Shown here: piece by piece, positions 53,328 to 64,000 of the stretch | Layout of the letters: every line of letters starts with the position of its first letter | Position numbering within the stretch: the first letter of the stretch is position 1 | NCBI GenBank assembly: GCA_965248195.1 | Contig: CBDFIQ010000001.1 | Span: 1,056,001-1,120,000, forward strand | Source: Longimicrobiales bacterium | GTDB lineage: Bacteria; Gemmatimonadota; Gemmatimonadetes; Longimicrobiales; Gaopeijiaceae | Direction: 5' to 3' | DNA: 64,000 nt | Made by a program: the position numbers and the translations under genes | Notes under the pieces: model-generated | Seen by the model: only the letters and a program-made list of their open reading frames with translations | What the model was told of the DNA's origin: nothing | Database searches by the model: none

Positions 53328-55334
53328 GTGCGCTACAGCGGCAAGTCACTTCTGGTGGTAGCAGCGCTCTTCGCGCTAGCTCTCGTGGCTGCCTGGGTAC
53401 TCTACGGGCAGCTTCAATCTGTGGCAGAAGGGACATATGCGGGTTTCAAACTAGGCGGAGCCGTCGCCGTCTTCGTGGTTGTGTTCCTACTGCTCCGAGC
53501 CACCTACGAACGCACACTGGGGAAGAGCGTCGTAAAGGTCCAAGTGAGCTTTGCAAACGGTCAAGTTCCCCCCGGTGCGGAACCTGTCAACGACAATGGG
53601 ACACTCTACGGGATTAATTAGAGAGCAATATCCTGTGTGGTGAGGGAAGGGATGGGAGGATTGATGTAGACGGCCTCCGGGAGCGGTTTGGGCTTCGGCA
53701 CACCTGTGACGAAGCGTTCGGGATGAGCGGCCCATGCTTCGCGGAGCACGGATTTCCTGCCGGCAATGACCTGATCGGCGTTCCCGAAGTGGACCTGCTC
53801 GGGGGTTAGCATCGAGATACCGCCATGGCGGTGCTCGGCATTGTACCAGCGGAAGAACGATCGACACAACGTCTTGGCCTGGCCCTGATCCCCGAACCGC
53901 CCGGGAAACGAGGGATGGTACTTCAAGGTTTTGAACTGAGCCTCGGAAAACGGGTTGTCATCCGACACCTGAGGCCGGCTCAACGAGCGAGTCACGCCGA
54001 GGTCAGCGAGAAGTTGAGCGGTGCATTGGCTCGTCATTGGAGCTCCCCGATCCGAGTGCAGGGTCAGGACCCGGGGCTGGACGCCATGCTTCAGGCAGCT
54101 CTGCTGGATCAACCGGCCGGCCAGGGCCGAGTTCTCCCGGTCCGCCACCATCCAGCCCACGACGTAGCGGCTGTAGATGTCCATGATGACGTAGAGGTAG
54201 TAATAGCTCCACTTCTTCGGCCCGAGTAGCCGCGTGATATCCCAGGACCACACCTGGTTCGGCGCCGTGGCCATCAACTCGGGCTTCTTGTACTCGGGAT
54301 GGGTGCGCTGCGCCCGGCGTTCCTGAACCGGCACCTCGGAGGCCAGAACACGATACATCGTGCGTTCGCTGCACAGGTAGACCTCTTCGTCGAGCAGCGT
54401 GGCCACCACCTCGGCGGGTGAGCGGTCCACGAACCGCTCCGAACACAGCGTGTCGAAGACCTCGCCTCGTTCCGTCTCGCTCAATGCCCGGGCGGGCGTC
54501 GGGCGGGGCTGCCGTTGCCCGGTCGATGGGCCTCGACGACGGTAGAACGTCGATCGGGAGACCTCGAGAGCCGCGCACGCCGGTTTTACACCGACGTGCT
54601 TAGCCAGCTCATCGGCCGCCTTCAAGAGTTCGTCCCGTCGTCGAGGCTTATCCCCAGCAGCCCCGCAACTTTTCCCTGCACGTCGATGATCAGGTGTGCC
54701 TTCCTGAGCTCATTCTCGAGCCGTGCGTTTTGCCGCTCCAGCTTGCGTACCTTCTCATCCAGCGGATTCCGCTCCGGCTTGCGGCCGCGTTTCTTCGACA
54801 GGGCCTTCAGCGACCCGCTATGCGCCGCCTTGCGCCACGTCGTCAGGTGCGACGAGTACAGGCCCTCGCGCCGCAGGAGCTGACCCACCTCGCCGGGCTC
54901 GGTGCACCGGTCCGCTTCTTCGACGATCCGCAGCTTGTACGATGGACTGAACCGCCGGCGTAGCGGCCTATCTACTACCTCCGGGTCCGCAGGAGCTGCC
55001 GCGCTTCGCTTGGCCTCCCCGATTCCAGGGGCACTACCATTCTCTTCCATTCTCTCTCGCAGTCCCAACATGTTCGTTTTCTCTGCCTTCGCCCTACTCT
55101 AATTCTTTGCGTGCTCCGTGTCTCACGTACGTTGGCAGAGAGGGGTGCAGCCGATTCCAAGTGTACCTACTCGCTCTACAATCGTGATACGCTAGAACAG
55201 CTTGACGGCCAGCCCGCAAAGCTGCTCAAGGAAGGAGCAGGTTTGGTTTTCTACGTTGAGTCCCAGAGCGCCCACGATTTGATCAAGGTCGACCTTGAAG
55301 CCACAAATGGGGTAACATGGCAAAGTGGGTATTG
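53328..55334 (+). pseudogene. first-cassette membrane protein gene split by IS3-like copy E and truncated by IS256
   Basis: Two TM helices (GFKLGGAVAVFVVV); frame resumes after IS as AADSKCTYSLYNRD... Confidence 0.6.
53578..55144 (-). mobile_element. IS3-like element copy E
   Basis: Same as copy A; TSD GTG. Confidence 0.93.
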
Positions 55335-56710
55335 GGTCAAGTCCCGATTTGTGTGTAAAAGCGGAGGAAGCTCCTCGCCTTCGGCTAGGCTGCTTGGGCG
55401 ACCTCCTGTTTCTGGAGGAGTGAGAGGTCGAGGTAACGCCGGTCGCCCCAGACGTGTGTGGTCCTGAGTGCGACGGCCGTGATGAGCCTGAGGGCGCTGG
55501 CCCGGTCCGGGAAGGCGCCGGCGGCCTTGATCCTGCGTTTGATCTCGCCGTGCAGCCGCTCGAGGCTGTTGGTGGTACGCAGCCGGGGCCAGTGCGCCTC
55601 GGGGAACGCGTAGAACTGCGTCGCTGCCCCGAAGCCCCGCTCCAGGACCTCCACGGCCTCGGGCAGCTCCTTCTTCCAGCGTGCGCCGAACTCGCCCAGG
55701 AGCTTCTTCGCCTCGGCGAGTCCGGATGTCTGGAAGATCACCGAGACCTCACGCGCCACGCGCTTGCGTAGGCGGTGGGGGACCCTCGCCCCCACATTAC
55801 GCTGCAGATGGACCGTACACCTCTGACGGCGTGCCTCGGGCAGGAAGCGGCGGACCGCAGCTGCCAGGCCTGCGTGCTCATCGGCGATCACGAGCTCGAC
55901 ACCGCCGAGGCCGCGGTCCTGGAGTTGCTCGAGGAGCTCCGACCAGCTCTGCTGCGACTCCTCAGCGCCCAGCGTGACGGCCAGGAGCCGTCGGTGACCC
56001 TCAGGGCCCACTGCATACGCCACGAGCGCACTCACGTTCTCGACTTTGCGGGCCCAGCGGGCGTCCAAGAACGTGGCGTCCAGGTACAGATAGGGGTGAG
56101 GCCCCTCGATCGGCGCACGGCGCAGCCCTTCCACGGCCTCGTCGAGCCGTTTTGCCACACGACTCACCGTCGAGCGCCCAACACGCTCGCCCATCAGCGC
56201 CTCGGTGACGTCGCCCATCTTGCGCTGTGACACGCCGCTCACATACGCCTCGACCATCATCTCGTCGAGCTCGGGGCTCCTGCGCTGGTAGCGGCCGATC
56301 ACGTCGGCCGGCGAACCGTTGTCCCGGCTCCGGGGCATGGCGACCTCGATCTGCCCCAGGCTCGTCAGCAGCCGCCTCAGGTATGTGCCGTTCCTATGGT
56401 CCTTCCGGCTTCCCACCCGCTCGAAGCGGCGTGCACCTACCATGGCCTTCAGCTCCTCTTCCAGCACCATCTCGAGCGTCAGCCGGATCGCGCCTTGAAA
56501 CAGCTCGCGCAAATCATCGCGTAGCTCGTCTTGCGTGGCCCGACCGATCTCCACAATCTCTTGCATCGGAAGCTCCTCTCCGGTTCCGAGCCTGCTCTGC
56601 AGACCCGGACTCCCGGGTTCATGTGACAGTGAACAACAACAGAGGAGCTTCCGTTTTTCTTTCCCTCCTGTCCAGCTTATCCGCTTTTACACAAATCTAG
56701 GGACACTACC
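55335..56710 (-). mobile_element. IS256-family element copy 6
   Basis: Same element, inserted in intI. Confidence 0.95.
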
Positions 56711-57266
56711 GGTTCAGGACGTGGGTGTAGATCATGGTGGTCTTCACGCTTCGGTGTCCAAGTAGCTCCTGGATGGTGCGTATGTCGTAGCCATCCTCGA
56801 GTAGGTGAGTGGCGAAGGAATGCCGGAGGGTGTGGCAGGTGACTCGCTTGGTGAGCCCGAGAACCCGGACCGCGGTTTTCAGAGCTCGTTGCACGGACGT
56901 GGGGTGGAGGTGAAATCTGCCCCGAGCTCCGGTGAGCGGGTCCGCGGTGAAGGTCGAGGCGGCAAAGAGGAACTGCCAACCCAACTCGACGCCCGACCTC
57001 GGTGATTTCGTCGCATACATCCCCGGCAGCACCGCCCAGCCGAAGCCAGCCGCGAGGTCCTTTTCGTGGATGGCGCGGCGCCGTTCGATCTGCTCCTTTA
57101 GTGGGCCGACCAGCACCGCGGGAACCACAGAGACCCGCTCCCTGCCACCTTTCGCCCCCCGGACCCTCAGCTCTCGACCATCGAGATCCAGGTCCTTCAC
57201 CCTCAGTTGGAGTCCCTCTTTCAGTCGGAGACCCGAGCCGTAAAGCACGTGCCCAGCTAAAGGGCG
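56711..57266 (-). pseudogene. intI: integron integrase, N-terminal half missing and 3' end displaced
   Basis: LYGSGLR, IntI-specific insertion (LPGMYATKSPRSGVELGWQFLFAA..HLHPTSVQRA), HTLRHSFATHLLEDGYDIRTIQELLGH..TTMIYTHVLNR. Confidence 0.92.
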
Positions 57267-58334
57267 CTACTCTCCGGCCGCAGCCTCCTTCTCCTCCCCA
57301 TCCTTCCGGGTGAGCGCCGCGAGGTCGCGAATCTCTCCCGGCCGGCGGTCGTCTCCGAGCGCGCCCATCCACGCGGGGTACCCCAAGGGGATCTTGCTCA
57401 CTTCGTCGAGGCGTGCGACCTCGTCGTCGGTGAGCGTGACATCGACGGATCCGAGATTGTCCTCCAGTTGGTCCATCCGCTTAGCCCCGATGATCACGCT
57501 GGTGATGGGCTCTTTATGGAGAAGCCAGGCCAGGCCCACCTGGGCGACCGACACCTCGTGCGTCTTGGCGATGGGCTGCATCATGTCCACGATGTCGTAG
57601 CCCTGCTCCTTGTCGATCGGCGGGAAGTCGAAGGTGGCTCGGCGCGTGCCGTCCGGGCTGGCCTCACGCGTGAACTTTCCGGAAAGAAAGCCCCCAGCGA
57701 GCGGGCTCCAAACGAGGAGCCCGAGCCCCTGGTCCTGGATCAGCGGAATGGTCTGCTGCTCCAACTCCCGTCCGGCCAACGAATAATAGGACTGCGTGCA
57801 CTTGAAGGACTCGAGGCCCCGCTGCTCCGAAACTCCCAGCGCCTGCATCAGCTCCCACGCCTCCATGTTGGAGCACCCGATGTAACGGACTTTGCCGGCC
57901 CGGACGAGATCGGTCAGCGCGATGAGCGTCTCTTCGATGTGGGTCTCGGGATCGGAGCGGTGGATCTGATAGAGATCGATGTAGTCGGTGCCGAGACGTT
58001 TCAGACTCGCTTCAGCGGCCTGAATGATGTGCAGCCGCGAGAGCCCGACCTCGTTCGCGCCCGGCCCCATGCGACCGCGCACCTTGGTCGCGATCACCAC
58101 GTCCTGACGCTTGCCCTTCAACGATCGACCGAGAATCTCTTCGGACTCACCGGACGAGTACATATCGGCTGTGTCGAAGAAGTTGATGCCTTCATCGATC
58201 GAGCGATGCACCAACGCGTCGGACTCCTTCTGGCCGAGGGCGCCGATCGCTTCCCATTGGCTGCCGAAGGTCATTGTGCCGAGGCAGAGCTCCGAGACGA
58301 AGACACCGGTGTTGGCGAGCGGGCGGTATTTCAT
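57267..58334 (-). CDS. aldo/keto reductase
   Basis: LCLGTMTFG, FFDTADMY, IATKV, DYIDLYQIH, WSPLAGG. Confidence 0.95.
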   Translation of the reverse strand: MKYRPLANTGVFVSELCLGTMTFGSQWEAIGALGQKESDALVHRSIDEGINFFDTADMYSSGESEEILGRSLKGKRQDVVIATKVRGRMGPGANEVGLSRLHIIQAAEASLKRLGTDYIDLYQIHRSDPETHIEETLIALTDLVRAGKVRYIGCSNMEAWELMQALGVSEQRGLESFKCTQSYYSLAGRELEQQTIPLIQDQGLGLLVWSPLAGGFLSGKFTREASPDGTRRATFDFPPIDKEQGYDIVDMMQPIAKTHEVSVAQVGLAWLLHKEPITSVIIGAKRMDQLEDNLGSVDVTLTDDEVARLDEVSKIPLGYPAWMGALGDDRRPGEIRDLAALTRKDGEEKEAAAGE

Positions 58335-58538
58335 GGGTTCATTTCTCCGGACTGACGGACGTGAGGTCGCACGGGACGGCCCCGCAGGATGATCGCGCGG
58401 GCCGTTGCTGTGCCAAGTATATCGGCTGCTTCGACTATGGTCCACGAGCGCCGACCCTCCCGGCCAAGAATACCGGCTCTACGGATGGTGGGCTACATTC
58501 ATCCTTCGCTTCGAGCCTTCGACCTCAGCCAATTCAGT

Positions 58539-59759
58539 ATGCCCCGTCCGCTCACATCGCCCCAGGAGAGCCCCCCGCGCCCAACTGCGGAGGTCGGCTT
58601 GGCGAGGCTCCGTGTAGCTGGCTCGACGCTGTTGCTCGCCGTCGGGTGGGCCGTCACGACGACATGTGCCTCCTATCAGATTTACAGCGACTGCGTCACA
58701 CCTTCATCGCCGTGCCCTGATCAGGGGTCACAGGATCAGGACGCGGTTCTTTTCCTGGTTGGGGACGCTGGATCCGAGGAGTTCGAGAGCAACCCTGTCC
58801 TTCAGCACATGAAGACGGCCGTGACGGCGCTCGACAGGCGCGGTGTGCCGGCGACCGTAGTCTTTCTCGGCGACAACGTCTACGAAGAGGGAGTGCGAGA
58901 CGGCCACCCCGAGGATCTTCGGCTCCTGGCGGGCCAGGTCGAGGTGGTCTCGGGCACGTCGGCCAAGGGGATCTTCCTGCCCGGCAACCACGACTGGGGC
59001 AACACCGCAGATGACCGGGGGCTCGAGCGTTTGATGAACCAGGAGCAGGCGCTCGCAGTCTTCAGCGGTAATGGCGCCAACGTTGACCTCATGCCTCGGG
59101 CTGGGTGTCCCGGCCCCGAGCGAGAGAATCTGGAGGATTCCCGCGGGGATGTCCTGGCCGCCCTCGTGTTGCTGGACACTCCCTGGTGGCTGCTGGAGGC
59201 GCCGGGCAACTCACGATGCAGCACATCCACGAAGGAGGATGTGATTCGAGAAATGGAGCGTGTACTCTCTGAAGCGTCGGGCCTCCCGGTAATCGTGGCG
59301 GGCCACCATCCGCTGCAATCGGGGGGGCCGCACGCAGGGAATGACAGTGGGCTGAGGTGGTTGGGGCACCGGCTCGGCTTGATGCGGGATGACCTCAACA
59401 GCCCTCAATACAGAGCCCTCATCGATGGCTTGTCCGAGGCCTTTGGCCGGGCTTCACCACCCACCATATACGTGGCCGGGCACGATCATTCGCTCCAGGT
59501 CATCGAGAAATCCGAGGAAGGTGCCTCCGTCTTCTACCTCGTTTCCGGCAGTGGCAGCAAGGTCACCGGTGCGGGGCCCATTGCCGGTAGCCGGTTCGCC
59601 GCGGGGCTACCCGGATACATGCGCGTCGATTTCCGGTCCGGCGGTAGGATCCAGCTCAGCGTGGTTGCGCAGTGCTCGGTGGAGGCGGTTGATGCGAATC
59701 TCTGTCGTGGAGTGGATGCGGGCCGCTTCCAGAGTGTCTATCGGGCACGCATCCGTTGA
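58539..59759 (+). CDS. calcineurin-like metallophosphoesterase (start uncertain)
   Basis: GDAG, LGDNVY, PGNHDW, GHHP, AGHDH. Confidence 0.88.
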   Translation: MPRPLTSPQESPPRPTAEVGLARLRVAGSTLLLAVGWAVTTTCASYQIYSDCVTPSSPCPDQGSQDQDAVLFLVGDAGSEEFESNPVLQHMKTAVTALDRRGVPATVVFLGDNVYEEGVRDGHPEDLRLLAGQVEVVSGTSAKGIFLPGNHDWGNTADDRGLERLMNQEQALAVFSGNGANVDLMPRAGCPGPERENLEDSRGDVLAALVLLDTPWWLLEAPGNSRCSTSTKEDVIREMERVLSEASGLPVIVAGHHPLQSGGPHAGNDSGLRWLGHRLGLMRDDLNSPQYRALIDGLSEAFGRASPPTIYVAGHDHSLQVIEKSEEGASVFYLVSGSGSKVTGAGPIAGSRFAAGLPGYMRVDFRSGGRIQLSVVAQCSVEAVDANLCRGVDAGRFQSVYRARIR

Positions 59760-59765
59760 AAACCC

Positions 59766-62339
59766 TCAGAACGGCAGGCCCGTTTCAATGTAGATTCTCG
59801 TCCCCTCGTCGTCACTTACGCCGAAGCCGGCACGCAGCATATACGGTTGGCCGATCGGCGTGAGCCAAATGCCGCCCCCCAGGCTCGTGTGCCAGCCTCC
59901 GGGTGATGCGCCATTCAGGTACACACGCCCGGCATCGGCGAATCCGAAGATGCCCATGTCCACGGGGACCACGACGCGCGGGTTCCCTAAGCGGAGGCGA
60001 AGCTCGCCGGTTCCGAATACCGCGGCGTCTCCGGCGAACCGCTCTCGCTGAAAACCTCGGACCGTCTCTGCTCCGCCCAGGAAGGCGGCCATGCTCCAAG
60101 GGATTTGGTCGCCCCAGACCTTCACGCCGCCGACTCGTAACGCAATGGAAATCGGCGACGAGACGGATGGCGATAGCCGCGCCGATATCGTGCCGTCTGC
60201 CTTGGAGAATGGGGTGACGACATCGAGAACGGTCGGGAACGTCGCTCCGTGGATCTCGAGGTGTAAACGATTGGGCGACTCGTTAGGGTCCACCGGCAGA
60301 TCGTACACGAGGCTAGCCGTGGCCCCGGCCTGCCAAAAATCGACGGCGCCATAAAGGGTGTCGCGTAGTTCGCGGAAGAAGCGGCCGTTGTTCTCCGACG
60401 TACTGGATCGGGACACCACCAGGCCCACCGCCAGGTCCAGGCCGGAGCCTCCGCTGACGCCTACAGCGGTTTCGACCGACGCTCTCTCGTGGTCAATCTC
60501 GTGGGATCTATCGCCGAGCGTCGCTGTGTTATTGCCGAATCCATGAAAATTGAGCACATCGAGCCCGGAGTAGCGGATCTGGAAAGCCGTGAAAATGGGA
60601 GAGTTCGAGCGGTTCAGACGTCCCGCGATTACCGCGCGTCCCGTCCCTTCGGTAGGAGAGAAACCGCCGCTGAAATCGAAGCCCGAGGAGAAAGGAGCCT
60701 TTCGAAAGCTGTAGCGTTCGAGGCGGACGCCGGTGCCGATGAAGAGTCCCATATCCGAGTTGTACAGCGACGTAAAAATGGGTAGTGTCCGGCCCCCCCA
60801 GTCGCGGGGCTGGTCCCGATCCTCCTGGCTCCAAACCCACCCGTCGAAGTTTCTGTTGTCGAGGCGTCCCCCACTGGATCCCGATACGGTGTTTTGGCCC
60901 TCCGAGTCATAGAGGTAAAGCCCTTGTCGCGAGTCTTCGACCTGAAAGACGTCATCACCGCGGCCACCAACGACCCGGATCTTGATGCCGGAGCCACCGT
61001 CTCCGCGGACCGAGATCCGATCATCGCCCATCTTCATGTAGAGGCGGATCTCACGGGTTTCCTCGGCGCTGAACCGCCTCTGAAGATAGGGTGCCTCCGC
61101 CCGCTCGGAGTCAGCCAACGAGACCGTCACGAAGTCGGGGTCGGTGCGATCGATGACCGCCAAGTCGGATATGTCCGTCGCGTGGAGGTCTACCGCTTCG
61201 ACGAGCAACTCATACAGGTTCGCCACCGGTTCCCTCAGGTTGTCTCGCCTCACCTTCAGCACACCCATCAGCTCAGGCCCGTTTTTTGCGAAGATCTCAG
61301 GGGGTAGGCTCCCCACCGCCTCTTCGATCACGTCGTCCGTAAGGCTCGCCTGAACCGATGCCGCGATTGAATCCCAGACCGGTCTCTCGAGTCCCGAAAG
61401 GAACTGTCGATCCAGCGCCCTCCCGTTCCAGTGCAGCCTGTCAATGCTCGGGTAGGTTTCTTCGAACCGCACGAACTGGGGCATGTAAAGGCTTAGGATC
61501 CGTGGAACGATCCCGTCGAACTTCGAGAAGGCCTGGTCCCGGTCTGTGGGAACCGGTACCCAGGACCGCTCATCGCCCTCGTCATAGGTAGCCCATCGCC
61601 ACTGGCGGCGATGCCGGTCCCAATCGCCAAGGAAGATGTCCACGACGCGAGCCGTCAGGAAAGCGCGCGCATCCACTCGATCGCGCGGACTCTCGTCGAC
61701 TCGCTCGGTCAGTCTTTCGTGGCCGATCACCCGCACCGCGTCTTCGAACGGCGTGCGCTCACCTTCGTTCTCGTCGGGACGTTCCTCGATGAGGCCGAGC
61801 ATCCCGGCGAAGTCGGCCCTGAACTCCCCGAGCGCCGGAATGTCCGGCATGATCCTGAGTACCGGAGTCACGTGAAGAACACCTGCCGCCTCCAACAGGG
61901 GAGCCGCCACGAGCGCGCCGTAGGGATGGGCCGCGCTGATTCCATCCTGTACAACGTCGTCTATCAAGCTCTCACGAAGAATAGAGTTGAGGAGAGGCGT
62001 CGGGTCCTTGTCCACAGAGCGGAAGGTGTATTCCCGACCGTCTGAGCCGAGGAATCTCAGCGCCCGGGTCGATAGCCCGCCCCCCCGCCTAAGGGGCGTG
62101 ATGCCTCCCGCGAAAGTAGAGAGATCCAGGACTTCGACTTCTATCGGGGTGGTCCAGAGGTCCCGATAGTGCCGTCCCAGAACCAGGCGATGGACGGGGC
62201 CCGCGCGGTATCGTTCTCCGGCAGCCGTGACCACGTTCCTCGTGGCCGGCGATTCCTGAGCGCTCGACCCCAGCGGGAAGACCATTGCACAACAGAGAAC
62301 AAAAAATGCATGTCGTGCGTGTCTCGCGGCGGTGATCAT
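59766..62339 (-). CDS. outer-membrane protein with N-terminal kinase-like domain and C-terminal BamA/TamA-like barrel
   Basis: Signal peptide; GGGLST, FRSVDK, GDWDRH..QW, DRDQAF; LGGAETVRGF..ERFAG; terminal Phe. Confidence 0.75.
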   Translation of the reverse strand: MITAARHARHAFFVLCCAMVFPLGSSAQESPATRNVVTAAGERYRAGPVHRLVLGRHYRDLWTTPIEVEVLDLSTFAGGITPLRRGGGLSTRALRFLGSDGREYTFRSVDKDPTPLLNSILRESLIDDVVQDGISAAHPYGALVAAPLLEAAGVLHVTPVLRIMPDIPALGEFRADFAGMLGLIEERPDENEGERTPFEDAVRVIGHERLTERVDESPRDRVDARAFLTARVVDIFLGDWDRHRRQWRWATYDEGDERSWVPVPTDRDQAFSKFDGIVPRILSLYMPQFVRFEETYPSIDRLHWNGRALDRQFLSGLERPVWDSIAASVQASLTDDVIEEAVGSLPPEIFAKNGPELMGVLKVRRDNLREPVANLYELLVEAVDLHATDISDLAVIDRTDPDFVTVSLADSERAEAPYLQRRFSAEETREIRLYMKMGDDRISVRGDGGSGIKIRVVGGRGDDVFQVEDSRQGLYLYDSEGQNTVSGSSGGRLDNRNFDGWVWSQEDRDQPRDWGGRTLPIFTSLYNSDMGLFIGTGVRLERYSFRKAPFSSGFDFSGGFSPTEGTGRAVIAGRLNRSNSPIFTAFQIRYSGLDVLNFHGFGNNTATLGDRSHEIDHERASVETAVGVSGGSGLDLAVGLVVSRSSTSENNGRFFRELRDTLYGAVDFWQAGATASLVYDLPVDPNESPNRLHLEIHGATFPTVLDVVTPFSKADGTISARLSPSVSSPISIALRVGGVKVWGDQIPWSMAAFLGGAETVRGFQRERFAGDAAVFGTGELRLRLGNPRVVVPVDMGIFGFADAGRVYLNGASPGGWHTSLGGGIWLTPIGQPYMLRAGFGVSDDEGTRIYIETGLPF

Positions 62340-62648
62340 CTGTACCGTCCCTGTCGAATGATGAAAATCCGCGGTCCCCCATTTCTTCGAGGGGCAGAAT
62401 TCCTCGCCTGATCGTACGAAAGCTTTGAGGCCAGAGACAGTATCGGGGCTGTCGCGAAACGCGCCTGCCTCGGATGATGGCACAAGCAGAGTGCCACGCC
62501 ATGGAAACCTGCACCTCGATGGGGCAGTTCCTGGCGGAATCCGTGCCGAGGGCCGTATGCACGCCGCTGGACAAGACCCTCCACATGGTCGTAGGCTCGT
62601 ACTTCCATCCCGCGGTCTGTTTGAAGAGACATCTAAAGGAGACGTCCG

Positions 62649-63308
62649 ATGTCCGTACAACTTGGTGACGAGGTACCCGACTTTTCAGCCGAGAGCACGC
62701 AAGGAACGATCAACTTCCACGACTGGATCGGGGACGGCTGGGCCGTGCTGTTCTCCCACCCCAAGGACTTTACGCCGGTCTGCACCACAGAGCTGGGTTC
62801 CGTCGCCGGCCTTCAGGCGGAGTTCGAGAAGCGCAACTGCAAGATCGTCGGCCTGAGTGTCGACTCGGTGAGCGACCATACCGAGTGGTCCAAGGATATC
62901 GAGGAGACCATGGGGAACGCGGTGGGCTTTCCGCTCATCGGAGACACCGACCTGGCAGTCGCCAAGCTCTTTGGTATGCTCCAAGCCAGCGCGACCGGCA
63001 GCGCCGGGGAGAGGACGGCGGCCGACAACGCCACCGTGCGCAAACTGTTCGTGATCGGGCCGGACAAAAAGGTCAAACTCACCCTCACCTATCCCATGAC
63101 TACGGGCCGCAACTTCCATGAGGTGCTTCGTGTCCTGGACTCGATACAGTTGACGGCCAACCACCAGGTCGCGACGCCAGCCGACTGGAAACAGGGTGAG
63201 GACGTGATCATCGTGCCCTCGGTTTCCAATGAGGAAGCCGAAGAGAAGTACCCCCAGGGATGGAGCGCTCCCAAGCCGTACTTGCGGATCGTATCCCAGC
63301 CGAATTAG
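62649..63308 (+). CDS. 1-Cys peroxiredoxin (Prx6)
   Basis: FSHPKDFTPVCTTELG, YPMTTGRNF, VATPADW. Confidence 0.95.
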   Translation: MSVQLGDEVPDFSAESTQGTINFHDWIGDGWAVLFSHPKDFTPVCTTELGSVAGLQAEFEKRNCKIVGLSVDSVSDHTEWSKDIEETMGNAVGFPLIGDTDLAVAKLFGMLQASATGSAGERTAADNATVRKLFVIGPDKKVKLTLTYPMTTGRNFHEVLRVLDSIQLTANHQVATPADWKQGEDVIIVPSVSNEEAEEKYPQGWSAPKPYLRIVSQPN

Positions 63309-63349
63309 CGGAGCGTAGCCGAAATCAGCCGGGATGGGCCCGCCTCGAC

Positions 63350-64000
63350 TCAGTCCATCCCGGCCAGCTCCGCGTATACGGCGGTAAGGAACCGCTCGGG
63401 GTCCCCCCATTTGCCTTCGAACTCGGCCGTCGTGTTCGCGGCGGCGACCTGCTCGTACGAGGCGCCATCCTCCACCAGAGCGGCCACGCGGTCGGCAACC
63501 GTCAGCACCATGTCCCGGAACTCGATCACTTCGGCCCGGGTCGAGACCTCACCGTGCCCTGGAATGAACTTCGTGTTCGGGCCGCCCAGTCCGGCCAGGA
63601 TCGCCAGCGCGTCGATGGTGCCCGGAAGCGTCCCTCCGTTGTTTCGATCGATGACGGGGAAGGCTACGGTCCGGAAGACATCCCCAACATGGATCACATC
63701 CTCATTGCGGAAGTGAATGTAGCTGTCGCCGTCCGTATGGCCGGGGGGAAGGGGAGCGGCGTAAACCTCGCCCCCGTTCAGGTGGATCGTGATCGCGTCG
63801 CTGTAGGTCAGTACGGGCAGCGCATCTTTCGGAGATTGCGCCGCGAGGCGGACCCGAACCTGATCCCGAGCGAGAATCAGTATACCCATCCGGCCCATGT
63901 TTTCGTTACCGCCCGTGTGGTCCCCATGAACATGCGTATTGATCAGGAAGCGGATTTCCGCGTCCGAGATCCCTCGAATTGCAGCGACGATCTTGTCGGT
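63350..64000 (-). CDS. MBL-fold metallo-hydrolase (5' end outside window)
   Basis: INTHVHGDHTGGNE upstream of the tracked ORF, GHTDGD, HVGD, IPGHG. Confidence 0.9.
   Translation of the reverse strand, partial: TDKIVAAIRGISDAEIRFLINTHVHGDHTGGNENMGRMGILILARDQVRVRLAAQSPKDALPVLTYSDAITIHLNGGEVYAAPLPPGHTDGDSYIHFRNEDVIHVGDVFRTVAFPVIDRNNGGTLPGTIDALAILAGLGGPNTKFIPGHGEVSTRAEVIEFRDMVLTVADRVAALVEDGASYEQVAAANTTAEFEGKWGDPERFLTAVYAELAGMD

Overview
GC-rich bacterial chromosome segment; the gene content suggests Gemmatimonadota, which is an inference. The left end holds housekeeping genes (anti-sigma factor, TlpA-like redoxin, tkt, leuS). Next come a decayed island next to tRNA-Pro(GGG) (integrase remnants, IS256, IS3, vsr), then a serpin, a TPR protein, an RHH/PIN toxin-antitoxin pair and a DinB-family gene. 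A 17-gene tRNA cluster (15378-17596) follows; 16 of its genes lie behind an apparent leader-peptide attenuator. From about 19 to 57 kb lies an IS-shattered chromosomal integron. It has about 10 related ~100-bp attC sites (plus-oriented at 25-39 kb, minus-oriented at 44-50 kb), a split and truncated intI, and a putative attI downstream of intI (co-oriented layout). Four copies of an IS110-family (IS1111-type) element sit at exactly the same CA dinucleotide of attC. Their 3' non-coding region contains short matches to both strands of the attC target and of the element's own circle junction, i.e. a readable bridge/seek RNA. IS DNA is about 25 kb of the window: 6x IS256, 5x of an IS3-like element with 7-bp extensions beyond TG..CA, 2x IS51-group IS3, 4x IS1111, 1x IS5 and 2 IS481 halves. 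The right end holds an aldo/keto reductase, a metallophosphoesterase facing a kinase-like/Omp85-like protein, a 1-Cys peroxiredoxin and an MBL-fold hydrolase.
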